Shown here piece after piece: positions 1-13,392 of a stretch of 64,000 nt of DNA. Position numbers and translations under genes: made by a program. Positions within the stretch are counted from its first letter, which is position 1, and each line of letters starts with the position of its first letter. Location of the stretch: assembly GCA_963761305.1 (NCBI GenBank), contig CAVXGK010000001.1, positions 1 to 64,000 on the forward strand, in the 5' to 3' direction. The DNA comes from an uncultured Gemmatimonadaceae bacterium (GTDB lineage: Bacteria; Gemmatimonadota; Gemmatimonadetes; Gemmatimonadales; Gemmatimonadaceae). The notes beneath the pieces are model-generated. The model did no database searches. It saw nothing but the letters and a program-made list of their open reading frames with translations, and was not told where the DNA came from.

Positions 1-71
1 GCCGAACTCCCTGATCGAACCGTTCGATCTTGTTCGAATATGAGCGTTTTCGAGACTCCCGGGAGGTACAC

Positions 72-1413
72 ATGTCCGACGACTCAACGTCCGCGCCGGA
101 TCCGGCAGAGGACGTCAACCTGCGGCTGACACGCCGTAGGCTCTTGATCGGCGGCGCCGCCGGCGCCGCCGCCTTGTACGGTGTCGGAAGCGCGAGTGCT
201 CACCGTACCGCGTTCAAAGGGCTCGAGGACCGCGGACGCGGACACGGTCACGCTCGGATCGTACGAGACGGGCCCGGGGATCAAGGCCCTCGCCGCGGTC
301 ACGAAGAAGTTCACCGCGAAGACGGGAATCGGCGTCAAGACCAACACGGTCGACCACAACACGTTCCAGAAGCAGATCAACAGCTACCTGCAGGGCAAGC
401 CGGACGACGTCTTCACCTGGTTCGCCGGCTACCGGATGCAGTTCTTCGCCGCGAAGGGCCTGGCCACGCCGATCGACGACGTCTGGAAGGCGCTCGACGC
501 CGCAGATGCCGCCGTCGATGAAGGCCGCCTCGACCGGGGCTCGACGGCCACCAGTACTTCGTCCCGAACAACAACTACCCGTGGGCGGTCTTCTACCGCA
601 AGAGCCTGTGGAAGGAGAAGGGCTACACGGTTCCCAAGACGTGGGACCAGTTCATCGCCCTCGCCAAGAAGATGCAGGCGGACGGCCTGACGCCGATCGC
701 CTTCACCGACAAGGACGGCTGGCCGGCGATGGGCACCTTCGACATCCTCAACATGCGGATCAACGGCTACCAGTTCCACGTCGACCTGATGGCCGGCAAG
801 GAGTCGTGGGACGGCCCGCAGGTGAAGGCGGTCTTCAACACAGTGGGCGGAGCTGCTGCCCGTACTACTCGGCCGGCGCGCTCGGCCTGACGTGGCAGGA
901 CGGCGCGACGCAGCTCGAGAACAAGCAGGCCGGCATGTTCCTGCTCGGCGGGTTCGTCGGTCAGCAACTTCAAGACCGCCAACCAGCGCCGACGTCGACT
1001 TCTTCCCGTTCCCGGAGATCAACGCGAAGTGGGGGCAGGACTCGATCGACGCCCCGATCGACGGCTACATGCTCTCGAAGAAGCCGAAGAACCTGGCCGG
1101 CGCGAAGAAGCTGATCGGCTACTTCGGCACGCGCGCAGGCGATCAACATCTACCTCCCGATCGAACCCGGGCAACCTCGGCGGTCAACAAGCACGCGAAC
1201 ACGGTCGCACTACACGCCCGCTGCAGAAGAAGGAGGCGGCGCTGATCGCGGCGACCAAGCACATCGCGCAGTACATGGACCGCGACACGCGGCCCGACTT
1301 CGCCTCCACGGTGATGATCCCGTCGCTCCAGACGTTCCTCAACAACCCGAGCGACATCAACGGGCTCGTGCAAGAGCATCCAGAAGCAGAAGAAGGCGAT
1401 CTTCGGATCGTGA
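72..1413 (+). CDS. Sugar ABC transporter substrate-binding protein with Tat signal (several frameshifts)
   Basis: GGGAGG RBS then ATG at 72; TRRRLL twin-arginine leader; pieces DVFTWFAGYRMQFFA, GWPAMGTFDILNMRING, DFFPFPEI, IAQYMDRDTRPDFA are spread over different frames; TGA at 1411-1413. Confidence 0.85.
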
Positions 1414-1432
1414 GGTTGTAGCCATCGGCGCG

Positions 1433-2390
1433 ATGGCGACCGACATCGCAGCGAGCGTCGAGGCCGGACGGCGCGCGCCACAGGAAGCGCGCCGTCCGGC
1501 TCTCCGCGCGCCGACCGCGTCGCGCTCGCCGTCATGGTCGGGATCCCGGTCCTCGTCACCGGCGGCCTGGTCTGGTTCCCGACGATCTGCTCGATCCTGC
1601 TCTCGTTCACGAACTGGGACGGGATCGGCGGCCTGCGACACGATCCACTGGATCGGGACGACGAACTACCGCCAGATCGCGACGATCTACCCGCCGTTCT
1701 GGCCGGCGTTCGAGCACAACCTCGACTGGCTCGCGCGTCCTCGCGTTCGTCGGGACGCCGTTCGGGATGCTGCTCGCCTACCAGCTCGACAAGAAGCTCG
1801 CGGGATCGCGGATCTACCAGAGCATCTTCTACCTGCCGGTCGTGATCTCGCTGGCGGTCATCGGCCTCATCTGCGCGAGCTGTATCTCTCGCCGACCGCA
1901 GGGCCTGCTCAACAACCTCTTCGAGGATCCGCAGCACGGCAAGCTGATCGACTGGCTCGGCAACCCGCAGCATCAACCTCTGGGCCGTGCTCGTCTTCGC
2001 CTGCTGGCGGCACGCGAGCTACATGATGATCATCTACCTCGCCGGCCTGAAGGCGCTCGACCCGTCGCTGCGCGAGGCTGCGGCGATCGACGGCGCCAGC
2101 GAGACGCAGGCGTTCTTCACGGTCGTCTTGCCGGCGCTGAAGCCGATCAACATCGTGCTCGTCGTGATCACGGTCATCGAGTCGCTGCGCGCGTTCGACA
2201 TCGTCTACATCATCAACAACGGCACGCAACGGCCTCGAGCTGCTGTCCGTGCTGATCACCGAACAACATCATCGGCGAGGCCAGCCGGATCGGCTACGGC
2301 TCGGCGATCGCGGTCGTGCTGCTCACGATCTCGCTCGTCCCGATCGTCGATCTTCGTCTGGAACAGCTTCCAGCGAGGTGGAAGCGATGA
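1433..2390 (+). CDS. Carbohydrate ABC transporter permease (frameshifted)
   Basis: SFTNWDG, YQSIFYLPVVIS, EAA loop YLAGLKALDPSLREAAAIDGASE, IESLRAFDIVY. Confidence 0.85.
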
Positions 2391-3307
2391 CCGAGCGCCG
2401 CCGTCGAGGCACCGCTGCCGCCGACGGCAGCCGCAGCGAAGAAGCTCGGCGCCGGTCGCGGATCGTGCTGCACGGCTTCCTGATCCTGGCCGCGCTGCTC
2501 TGGATCTCGCCGATCGTCTGGGCGATCTTCACCGCGCTGCGGCCGTACGCCGACACGTCGCAGTCACGGCTATCGTCTCGTGGCCGAAGCAGCTCAACTT
2601 CGACAACTTCACGGACCGCCTGGAACCAGGCCGACATGCCGCACTACTTCTGGAACTCGATCATCGTCGCGCTGCCGGCGATCGTCCTGATCCTGCTCTT
2701 CTCGTCGGCGATCGCGTTCGTCGATCTCGCGGCTACAGCTTCCGGTTCAACGTGCCGCTGCTGATCTTCTTCCTGGCGGCGAACCTGCTGCCGCAGCAGG
2801 TCATCCTCCAGCCGCTCTACCGGCTCTACCTGCGGATCCCGCTGCCGACCTGGCTCTCGGACAGCGGCCTGACCTCTACGACTCGTACCTCGGGCTGATC
2901 CTGATCAACGTCGCGTTCCAGACCGGGCTTCTGCACGTTCGTGCTCTCGAACTACATGAAGACGATCCCGAAGTCGCTGACCGAGGCGGCACGCGTCGAC
3001 GGCGCCGGGGTCGCGCGCCAGTACTTCCAGATCATCCTGCCGCTCTGCAGGCCGGCGCTCGCCGCGCTGGCGACGCTCGAGTTCACGTTCATCTACAACG
3101 ACTTCCTCTGGGCGCTGATCCTGATCCAGAACGGCAGCAAGCGCCCGATCACGGCGGCGCTGAACAACCTGCAGGGCGAGTTCTTCACCGACAACAACCT
3201 GCTCGCGGCGGGAGCGCTGATGACGCGCGATCCCGACGGTGCTCGTCTTCGTCGTGCTCCAGAAGCACTTCGTCAACGGGCTCACGCTGGGGGCGAACAA
3301 GGGATGA
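2387..3307 (+). CDS. Carbohydrate ABC transporter permease (frameshifted)
   Basis: ATGA overlap with the previous gene; YFWNSIIV, NYMKTIPKSLTEAARVDGAG, FTFIYNDFLW. Confidence 0.85.
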
Positions 3308-4663
3308 CGCGGATCGCGTTCATCGGCGCCGGCAGCGTCGTCTTCACGAAGAACCTGCTCGGCGACATCCTCGACTTCCCCGCGCTGCGCGAAGTGGAGA
3401 TCGCGCTGCACGACATCGACGCCGACCGGCTCGAGACCGCCGAGGCGATGGCGCGCTACGTCGCCGCGCGTGCGCGGGGCGAGCCCGACGTATCACGCGC
3501 GCACCTCGACCGGCGCGCCGCGCTCGACGGGCTCCGACTTCGTCCTGAACATGGTGCAGATCGGCGGGCCACGAAGCGACGCTGCGCGACTTCGAGATCC
3601 CCGCCCGCTACGGCCTGCGCCAGACGATCGCCGACACGCTCGGGATCGGCGGCATCTTCCGCACCCTGCGCACCGCCGAGCACATGCTCGCGCTCGGGCA
3701 CGAGCTGGCCGAGCTCTGCCCGCGCGAGGCCTGGCTGCTCAACTACACGAACCCGATGGCGGCGCTCTGCGAGCTCGTCTACCAGGGAACGCCGACGACG
3801 AACGTCGTCGGGCTCTGCCACTCCGTGCAGTTCACGATCGCGGAGCTGTGCGAGCTCGTCGGCGTGCCTGAAGAGCGAGGTGACGTTCCTCGTCGGCGGG
3901 CATCAACCACCAGGCGTTCATCCTTCGCCTCGAGCACGACGGCGAGAGCCTCTACCCGCGGCTCGACGAGCGCATCGCGGCGACGCCGAGCTGCAGCGGC
4001 GCGTGCGCGTGGCGCTCTACCGGCGGCTCGGCTTCTACCCGACCGAGTCGAGCGAGCACGCGGCCGAGTACGTGCCGTGGTTCATGACGCCACGACGACG
4101 AGATCGAGCGCTACCGGATCCCGGTCGGCGAGTACATCAGCCGCAGCGAGGCGAACCTCGAGGAGTACGCGCGCGTGAAGGCTGCGCTGTCGCGGGGCGA
4201 GGCGATCCGCTCGAGCGCTCGAACGAGTACGCCGCGGTCGATCGTCAACTCGATCGTGACCGGCGAGCCGATCGTCGTCTACGGCAACGTCGCCGAACAC
4301 GGGGCCTGATCCCGGAGCTGCCCGACGGGCGCCTGCGTCGAGGTTCCGTGCCTCGTCGACCGCACCGGCGATCCGGCCGACCCCGGTGCCCGGCTACCCC
4401 GCGCAGCTCGCGCGCTGAACCGCACCTACGCGAGCGTCGTCGAGCTGACCGTGCGCGCGGTGCTCGAGGGCCGGCCCGACCACGTCCGCCATGCGGCGAT
4501 GCTCGATCCGGCGACGGCCGCGGCGCTGACGCTCGACGAGATCGACGCGCTCTGCGACGAGCTGACCCTGCGCCCACGGCGACCTGATTCCGGCCGCGCT
4601 GCAGATCGACGAACTCGAGTCCTCAGCAGCGCATCGCCGGCTGACTTCTGGAAGGAGCAACCG

Positions 4664-4667
<4 letters not shown>
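3304..4667 (+). CDS. melA: Family 4 glycoside hydrolase, alpha-galactosidase/alpha-glucosidase type (frameshifted)
   Basis: RIAFIGAGSVVF NAD-binding start, LLNYTNPMA, VGLCHSVQ, GINHQAF, PTESSEHAAEYVPWF. Confidence 0.85.
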
Positions 4668-5852
<1,185 letters not shown>

Positions 5853-5856
<4 letters not shown>

Positions 5857-7243
5857 GCGCCGACCTCCCGGCGGGCCGCGACCTTCCACCGGCTTCAGTC
5901 CGAGCGGTTCGATGTCCTCGTGGTCGGGGGCGGAATCGTCGGCGCCGGTATCGCAGCGCTCGCCGCCGAGCTGGGCCTCGACGTCGCTCTGGTCGACCGC
6001 GCCGACTTCGCATCTGCCACCTCGAGCGCCTCTTCGAAGTTGATCCACGGAGGGCTTCGCTACCTGCGCATAGGGGACGTGCGACTCATTCGGGAGGCCC
6101 TCAGGGAGTCCGAGGCGCTATCCGGCCGCATTGCGCCGCACCTCGTCCACCGCTCCCGCTTCCTCCTACCCGTCTACGAGGGTGGTCCCTACGGACGGGC
6201 CGCGGTGCGGACGGCGCTCGGGACGTACCGCGTACTGTCCGGAAGCAAGACGGCCAATGCCTTCATACCGGGAGACCTCGCCGCCTCCCTCGTCCCATCG
6301 TTCAAGCTCGCCGGGCTGCGAGGGGTCGGTATCTACGGCGACGCCCAGACCGACGATGCCCGGCTTTGCCTGGCGAACGTGAGGGCGGCCGAGGACGGCG
6401 GTGCCGCGATCGCCAACTACGCCGAGGTGGTCTCGATCGAAAGCGGCGCCCGCGGCTCGACGAGAGTCGAGGTCATCGACGGAACGCCGGTGGTTCTCAG
6501 CAAGGGCGTTCATCTCGTGCTCGAGGCTCCTCCGGGCTGGCACGCCGGCGTGACGATCCCGATCGACACGTCGCGCGTGTCCTTCGCGCTTCCGTGGGAG
6601 GGAACACTCCTGCTCGGAACGACCGACGAGGTGTACTGGGACGATCCGGACGACGTTTCCGTCACGGAGGCGGACGAGGCACAGGTTCTCGGAGAAGCGG
6701 GTCTCGCGCTCGACGCCGAGATTCTCGGCCGCGAGCGAATCTCGCGCGATTTGCCGGCCTGAGGGTGCTCCCTGCGGCGGCCGGGCGCACGTCTGCGGCG
6801 CGGCGTGAGACGAGGACGTGCGCGAGCGGAGCGGGATGTTCACGGTGGCGGGCGGGAAGCTGACCACCTATCGGCGGACCGCCGCAGCCGCACTCGAGAA
6901 GCTGCGGCCGGAGCTCGGTTTCCGCGCCGTCGACGCGTTGCCGTCTCCGCTTCCGGAGCGGTCGACTCGAAGCTCCAGGCCGAGGCTTTGCTTCGAGGCC
7001 ATCCCGAGCTCGGGCCGAGAAATGCAGACATGCTCTCTCGGAGTGCACGGCTCACTGCCTTCCGAGGTGCTGGCCCCGGCCTGAAGCCGACGACGCGCTT
7101 CTTCGCGACCGCTTGCTCTCGGAGTCGATACCTTCGCCGTGCAGGTCGTCTACGCCCGGGACCACGAGTGGGCGGTGACGGAGACTCGCGCTCGAGTCGC
7201 CGAGCTGCTCTGGTACGATGCGGCCGCGGTTGCAGGCCGGTGA
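5853..7243 (+). CDS. glpD: FAD-dependent glycerol-3-phosphate dehydrogenase (frameshifted, apparent internal deletion; ends approximate)
   Basis: [58 protein letters not shown]; next to glpK. Confidence 0.8.
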
Positions 7244-8675
7244 GAATCCTCGCGATCGACCAGGGGACCACCGGGACGATGTGCCTGGTGGTTGACGAGA
7301 TGCTCCGCACTCTTGGTCGAGGCTATTGCGAGATCACGCAGCATTTCCCGGGTCCGGGGTGGGTGGAGCATGACCCGGAGGAGATCTGGGCAAGCGTCGA
7401 GCGCGCCGTCGCGGAGGCTCTCGCGGCTGCCGGGATCCGGGCCGGCGACCTCTCCGCGATCGGGATCACGAATCAACGCGAGACGACGGTCGTGTGGGAC
7501 CAGACGCTCCGGCCGGCCCGTCCACCGGGCCATCGTATGGCAAGACCGCCGTACCGCCGATCGCTGCCGGACGCTGCCGGCGGAGCTGCTTCGGGAACGA
7601 ACCGGGCTCGTCCCGGACCCGTACTTCTCCGCCACGAAGCTGGAATGGATCCTCGAGCGCACCGAGCTGCCGCAGAGGCGGCTCGCCTTCGGCACGGTCG
7701 ACACGTGGCTGATCTGGAAGCTGACGGGCGGCGCGGCGCATGTCACCGATGTGACCAACGCGTCGCGGACGATGCTCGCCGACCTGGCCACCGGGCAGTG
7801 GGACGACGAGCTCCTGGCCCTCTTCTCCGTCGAGCGGTGCATGCTTCCCGACGTCGCAGCCTCGTCGGGCATCGTCGCCGAGGCGTCGCTGTTCGGCGCG
7901 ACCGTCCCGGTTGCGGGCATTGCCGGTGACCAGCAGGCAGCGCTTTTCGGCCACGCCTGCTTCTCGCCGGGTGAAGCCAAGGCGACCTACGGGACCGGCA
8001 CGTTCGTGCTCGTCAATCATCGGCGAGCAGGCCTCGGGGCTCGAGCAGGGCGTGCTGAAAACGGCTGCAGCGGTCGCGCCGGGAACGCCGCCCCAATTCG
8101 CCGCCGAGGGCGCGGTGCTCGTCGGCGGCGCCGCGCTGCAGTGGCTGCGCGACGGGCTGGGTGTGATCGCGACCCCGGCGGAAGCCGAGTCGCTTGCCGG
8201 TCAGGTCACGTCCACGGAGGGAGTTGTGTTCGTCCCGGCGCTGACGGGTCTCGGTTCGCCGCAGTGGGATCCGGAGGCGCGCGGATTGATCAGCGGTCTC
8301 TCGCGCGGCTCGACCCGCGCGCACCTCGCGCGCGCTGCGCTCGAGGCGATCGCCCACCAGGTCGCGGACGTGCTCGACGTGCTTCCGCTCGGCGTCGATG
8401 TCCTGCGGGCTGACGGCGGCGCAAGCACGAACCGCTTCCTGATGCAGTTCCAGGCCGACCTCATCGGCACGCGGGTCGAGGTCGCCTCGGAAGTGGAGAC
8501 GACCGCGATCGGCGCCGCGGCCCTCGCCGGCCTCGGCGTCGGGGTGTGGGAGTCGGTCGCCGAAGTCGCCGGGCTGGTCAAGCGGGGTGCAACCTATGAA
8601 CCGGGCATGGATCGGTCTACCGCCGGAGCGCATCGCGCGGGTTGGCGTCGTGCTCTGAGCCGGGCCCTGGCCTGA
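7240..8675 (+). CDS. glpK: Glycerol kinase (two frameshifts)
   Basis: [64 protein letters not shown]. Confidence 0.9.
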
Positions 8676-8716
8676 ACGCAACCTGAGTCTCCGCCTGGTG
8701 GACCGCCCTGATCCGC

Positions 8717-9164
8717 CTAGCCTGCGTCCCGGTACTCATCGGCGAAGTCCCAGGCTCGCACGGTGCCAGGCTCGAGGCGAATCACCACGTCGTCGATGCC
8801 GTCGGCCGCATATGCCTCGCCGGCCACGGCGCCGAGGTAGCGAACGGCAATCTCCCGGGCCGTTTCGCGCGCACCCTGCCTCAGCAGCACCGGTCGCGTC
8901 CGCAACTCGACTCCGCGGTAGGGAGGGGCGGGCTCGTACACGAGAATGGCGGCCCCGGGGGTCCCTCCGCAGGTGCCTCACCTTCGTATCGTGAAGGCTC
9001 GTCGCGACATCGAAGCCGCCGTCCCGCCACCGATGCCATACGGGGGAGAGAAGCGCTCCGCCGTCCCTGCGGTACGTGGCGAGCACAGCCACGAGTCGAA
9101 GCTCGAGCAGGTCGCCCAGATCGGCGAGGTTCAGTCCTCTTCGCACGGCGGCGATCCTACGCAA
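8717..9164 (-). CDS. PPOX-class (pyridoxamine oxidase-like, probably F420-dependent) protein; frameshift near 8960
   Basis: VAVLATYRRDG-LLSPVW, KVRHLRRDPR, PYRGVELR, VVIRLEP-VRAWDF. Confidence 0.7.
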
Positions 9165-9926
9165 GGGGACGACGGGACGCCGCCCCCCGATCGGGCCGGC
9201 GTCGCTTCGCGATCCACCAGACCGTCAGCGGTATTGCGGGGACATTCTGGGCGTCATTTAGCAACATCGAACATCAGCTCGTGGCTACTCGGCGGCCGTT
9301 TTGGTGTGTTGAAGCCGGCCCTCGGCACGGTGGCGCATGGGCCACGCTCGATCGCTTTCCCAAAGCCGCCCGTTCTCAACAGGATTATGTGACTCACTCT
9401 GGAAGGCATGTCAGTGCCCGGAATTGAGCCCCGTTCTGGACGGCGCCGGTTGCTCGGACTCTCGCCGCACAGCACGTCTCTCGTGCCGCCCGACGTATCT
9501 ACCTCGGACGGGGGCGCATCTCGCTTGGCGGCAAATAGCTGAGGTTGACTGGTCGGACGTGAAGGGTTGACGCTGTGCCTATGAGGTGCGCAGCGCGGCA
9601 CCGGGCCGTCTACTCACCTTGAGTCGGCCCGACAACGCCGGCGGGGCTCGATCTTGAAGGTCTGAGCGACTGCTCGAGCGAGCGCGGGCTCAGGCTCCTC
9701 GATGCGGCCGAGTGGCGTAGGTAAACGCTGCCCTGGCGGTGCGTGCAGGTCCTGCATTGCCGGATGGACGGAGCCGTCGTAGCTGCACCGCGTTCCCGGC
9801 GCACTCGTTTCCGGGCTCCCGGTCGGCCCTAGGTCGGGATGGCGTCCTGGTCGAAGTTGCCGTGCAAGGAGCGTCCCCCCGAGACCAGGGTGGCGGTTCT
9901 TCGGCTCGATAGGTACGAATCAGTAT

Positions 9927-10903
9927 GTGAACGCGACGCAAACGTTGCCGACGGGGACGGTGACGATGTTGTTCACCGACATCGAGGGATCGACGCGTCT
10001 GCTGCAGCGCCTCGGCGAGCGCTACGGGCAGCTGCTCGCCGATCACCGCCGCCTTCTACGAGAGGCCGTTGCGGCCCACGAGGGCCGAGAGGTCGACGCG
10101 GTCGGCGACGGCTTCTGCGTCGCGTTCGACCGCGCCCGCAGCGCGGTCGAGGCCGCGGTCGAGGTCCAGCGCGCGCTCGCGGCGCATGACTGGCCGGACG
10201 GAGTCGAGTGCCGTGTCCGGATGGGGCTGCACACCGGCGAGCCGCGGCTGGACGAAGAGGGGTACGTCGGGATCGTGCTCCACCGGCTCGCCCGGATCGC
10301 CTCGGCCGCACACGGCGGCCAGATCCTGCTCTCGAGCGCGACCGGCGAGCTCCTCAAGGACGACCTCCCCGCCGGGTTCGAGCTGATCGAGCTCGGGGAG
10401 CAGCAGCTCAAGGACTTCGACGTGCCGGAACGGGTCTACCAGCTCGCCGCAGACGGCCTCGTAACCCGGTTCCCGCCGCCGCGCACCCGGCGGCGCCCAA
10501 GTCGCTGATGCGATCGCACGCGCGCAGGGCCGGAGCTCGTGGGGCGGGACGAGGAGTGTGCGCGGCTCGAGCGAAGTGCTCGAGGACGCCCGCGCCTCGC
10601 GCAGCCGGGCCCTCGCGATCCGCGGTGAGGCCGGCGTCGGGAAGAGCTCGCTCCTCGCCTACGCGACCGCGCAGGCAGACGGACTTCGTCGTGCTCCGGG
10701 CGGTCGGGTTCGAGTCGGATGCGCGAGCTCGCGTTCTCGGGCCTCCACCAGCTACTGCGGCCGCTGCTCGACCGCCTCGACGAGCTGCCCGCACATCAGG
10801 CGCGCTCGCTCGGCGCTGCCCTCGGCCTCGCCGCGTCGGAGGAGGCCGACCGGATGACGATCGGGGTCGCCACCCTAACCTCCTCCTGGCCCTGGCCGCG
10901 GAG
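9927..10903 (+). pseudogene. Class III adenylate/guanylate cyclase fused to an AAA ATPase (LuxR-ATPase type); cut off at ~10903
   Basis: LPTGTVTMLFTDIEGSTRL, RVRMGLHTGEP, AHGGQILLS, LKDF; continues across frameshifts as LVGRDEEC, IRGEAGVGKSSLL, ELAFSGLHQLLRPLL, then stops abruptly. Confidence 0.8.
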
Positions 10904-10904
10904 G

Positions 10905-11270
10905 ATGCTGACACACATTGAACCGCGAGACCGCGAGCGCTGGGTGCGAGAGCTGCGGCTGCGGTGCTCAAGCCTCGCGGCGCGCTTTTTCTCTTCGAGC
11001 ACAACCCGTTCAATCCGTTGACGGTAAGGGCTCTCGTCCGGCATGTGCCGTTCGACGAGGGAGTCCGGGAGTCTGTTGAGACCTGGCGAGGCACGAAAGC
11101 TCCTGCAGGCGTGCGGGCTCGCAGCCGATCCGCCACAGTTTTATTTCTTTTTCCCGCATGCCCTGCGCGCACTGCGGTGCGATCGAACCGATGCTGCGTC
11201 GTGTGCCGCTCGGGGCACAGTACTTCGTGGTTCGGACAGCGTGGGCCGCCGAATTCGCGCGATTGAGCGC
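10905..11270 (+). pseudogene. C-terminal fragment of a class I SAM methyltransferase (glycosylation-cluster type)
   Basis: LKPRGALFLFEHNPFNPLT...PFDEG...YFFFP...EPMLRRVPLGAQYFV across frames; no N-terminus. Confidence 0.6.
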
Positions 11271-11515
11271 TTGCTGCGCTCGCGTTGGTTACCCGCGACA
11301 TGCGGCGCGTTTGCGTTCGGCTTGGTGTTGTTCGTCTGGGGGCTCGCTCGCCAACTGCCCGTGGGGAATGACGAGTCCGCGTATCTGCTACGGGCGTAGT
11401 ATTTTCGCTACGGGACGGATCGTCGCGCCCGCGCGCCCGATTCCCGTCTTCTTCCAGCAGTATCATGTTGTTCGTCGAGCCCGTGTTGGCGGCGAAGTAT
11501 CCACCGGGTCACTCG
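11241..11515 (+). pseudogene. N-terminal fragment of a membrane (GT-C-like) glycosyltransferase
   Basis: Transmembrane segment, then DESAYLL, a stop, IFATGRIVAPARPIPVFFQQYHV...AKYPPGHS; truncated afterwards. Confidence 0.45.
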
Positions 11516-11631
11516 GGCGGTTCCCGCTGAGGGTGGCTCCCCCGAGAAGTTGGATCGGCGCGACTTGCGAAAAGCGTCAGCTGACGGTCTGATCACAGCG
11601 TCCTGTTTGGCGCGCGGGAGCATCAACCGAG

Positions 11632-12666
11632 ATGCGGGCGAGCAAGTTCAGCGAAGAGCAGATCGTCACGGCGGTGCGCCAGGCCGAAGCCAGACCGGTT
11701 CTATGGAGGCGCGCGATTGTCGCGCTCGCGTTTGCGCTGGTCGCCGGTTCTGTTGCATGGCGAGCACAGTATGTGGCGCATGGAGGAGGTAGTGACCACG
11801 TCATACTCTACAGGGCGGCTCGAATTCTCTTGAGCGGGGGAGATCCCTATTCCTTGGGCAAGCTCGATCGCACACATGCCGTGTTTTGGCGTTTCTTCTA
11901 TCCACTCCCAGGTGTCGCACTCGGATTGCCGTTCGTCTGGCTCACGCCGGAGAATGCCGCGATAGCATTCGTTGCCTCCTCCGCTCTCCTGTTGGGGTTT
12001 GTGGTGACGCGGGACGGGTTTCATCGGGTACCGATGCTGTTTTCCGTTCCGTTCCTCGCGGTCGCGCAGTTTGCTCAGAGCACCGCCCTGATTCTCGCCC
12101 TGGCCTTGGTTCCGGCCACCCGGGCGCTGTCGATGCTCAAGCCGAACCTCGGCCTCGCACTGTTCGCCTGGAAGCCGGCGTGGCGGAACGTGATAATCGC
12201 CGGAGCAATCTTTCTCGGATCGGCGCTCGTTTGGCCCAGCTGGCCGAGGAGTTGGTTCGAGTCGGCGCGAAGCTCGCCGGCACACCATGCGCCAGCGTTG
12301 GTCGGCATCGGCGGACTCGCGCTGCTGTCGATTTTGCGCTGGCGCCGGCCGGAGGGGCGGCTTCTCTTCGCCATGACAATCATCCCTCACGGGCTGTACT
12401 TCTACGACGAGCTGCCGCTTTGGCTCGTGGCCGAGACGCGTCGGGACGCGATGGTGCTTACCGCAACGAGTTGGTTGGGTTGGCTAGCCTGGAACGTCAC
12501 TAGCGCGGGACCGAGTGTTCCCGAATCGTCGCCCTGGTCAGTTGCATCCCTGTACCTGCCCGCCCTCGTAATTCTGTTGCGACGTCCCAACGTCGGTCCG
12601 ATGCCTAGCTCGATCGAACGAGCGGCGAGGCACTTGCCCGGTTGGTTGAGAGGGTCACCGAAGTGA
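11632..12666 (+). CDS. Polytopic membrane protein (GT87/DUF2029-like) whose first ~20 aa derive from an IS3-family OrfA
   Basis: SDHVILYRAARILLSGGDPY, FFYPLPG, LKPNLGL, multiple TM helices; N-terminus MRASKFSEEQIVTAVRQAEA. Confidence 0.6.
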   Translation: MRASKFSEEQIVTAVRQAEARPVLWRRAIVALAFALVAGSVAWRAQYVAHGGGSDHVILYRAARILLSGGDPYSLGKLDRTHAVFWRFFYPLPGVALGLPFVWLTPENAAIAFVASSALLLGFVVTRDGFHRVPMLFSVPFLAVAQFAQSTALILALALVPATRALSMLKPNLGLALFAWKPAWRNVIIAGAIFLGSALVWPSWPRSWFESARSSPAHHAPALVGIGGLALLSILRWRRPEGRLLFAMTIIPHGLYFYDELPLWLVAETRRDAMVLTATSWLGWLAWNVTSAGPSVPESSPWSVASLYLPALVILLRRPNVGPMPSSIERAARHLPGWLRGSPK

Positions 12667-13257
12667 GCGGCCCTTGCAATACACCATGTTCCAAAGCGTG
12701 ATGCCGCCGGCGCCCAACGGATACGGCTCAAAGACCTCCACGTCGACGACCTCGCTGAAGATTGTGCGCCACTCCTCGATTGGTCGGGGGTAGTCGCCGC
12801 GATCTGCGCGCGCCAGGGCCCTCGAGACGGAGAGGCGCGCCGGGGGCAGGACTAGTTCCAGGATATGAACGTGACCGTCGTCGGTAAGCAGGCCACTGAG
12901 GTGAGCCAGTAGCCGCCTGACCGCGCGAGTCTCTAGGTGATGCAGCAGACTGTTCACCAGGATGAAATCGAACCTGCCTTCGGCATCCGCCGAATAGGTC
13001 GTTACATCCGCCGCGATGAAACGGCGCCGATAACGGCGGCTTGCGCTCTTGACGTACTCCTCGTTGACGTCGACGCCGAGGTAATCGGCGTGCGCGAAGT
13101 GAGGTGCATTCGTTCCCGGGCCGCAGCCGACGTCCAGAACTCGGCGTGCGCGCGCGACGTCTCCACGCTCGACGAGCGGGGCGAGCTTGCGTTCGGCGAA
13201 GGGCTTCTGCCACGCGCGATAGACGAGTGAGCGCTCCAGCAGCCAATCGACGATCAT
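12655..13257 (-). CDS. Class I SAM-dependent methyltransferase
   Basis: VLDVGCGPG motif I, YLGVDVN, FDFILVNSLLHHL. Confidence 0.85.
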   Translation of the reverse strand: MIVDWLLERSLVYRAWQKPFAERKLAPLVERGDVARARRVLDVGCGPGTNAPHFAHADYLGVDVNEEYVKSASRRYRRRFIAADVTTYSADAEGRFDFILVNSLLHHLETRAVRRLLAHLSGLLTDDGHVHILELVLPPARLSVSRALARADRGDYPRPIEEWRTIFSEVVDVEVFEPYPLGAGGITLWNMVYCKGRSLR

Positions 13258-13392
13258 GGCTGTCGCTCTCTCAACGCACGTCCCGGGCGGCGAAGTTCCA
13301 AGCTACAATTGGATGCGCGGTCAGCGGCACCCCTTTTTGCTCGTTTTTCCCCGCCTTGGAGCCGAGTCACCGGTGTCTCGCCGAGCCGGATC

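Noticed and set aside
9200..9900. Short ORFs or an IS end between the PPOX gene and the cyclase
   Set aside because: No motif, paired terminal repeats or transposase remnant that I can support
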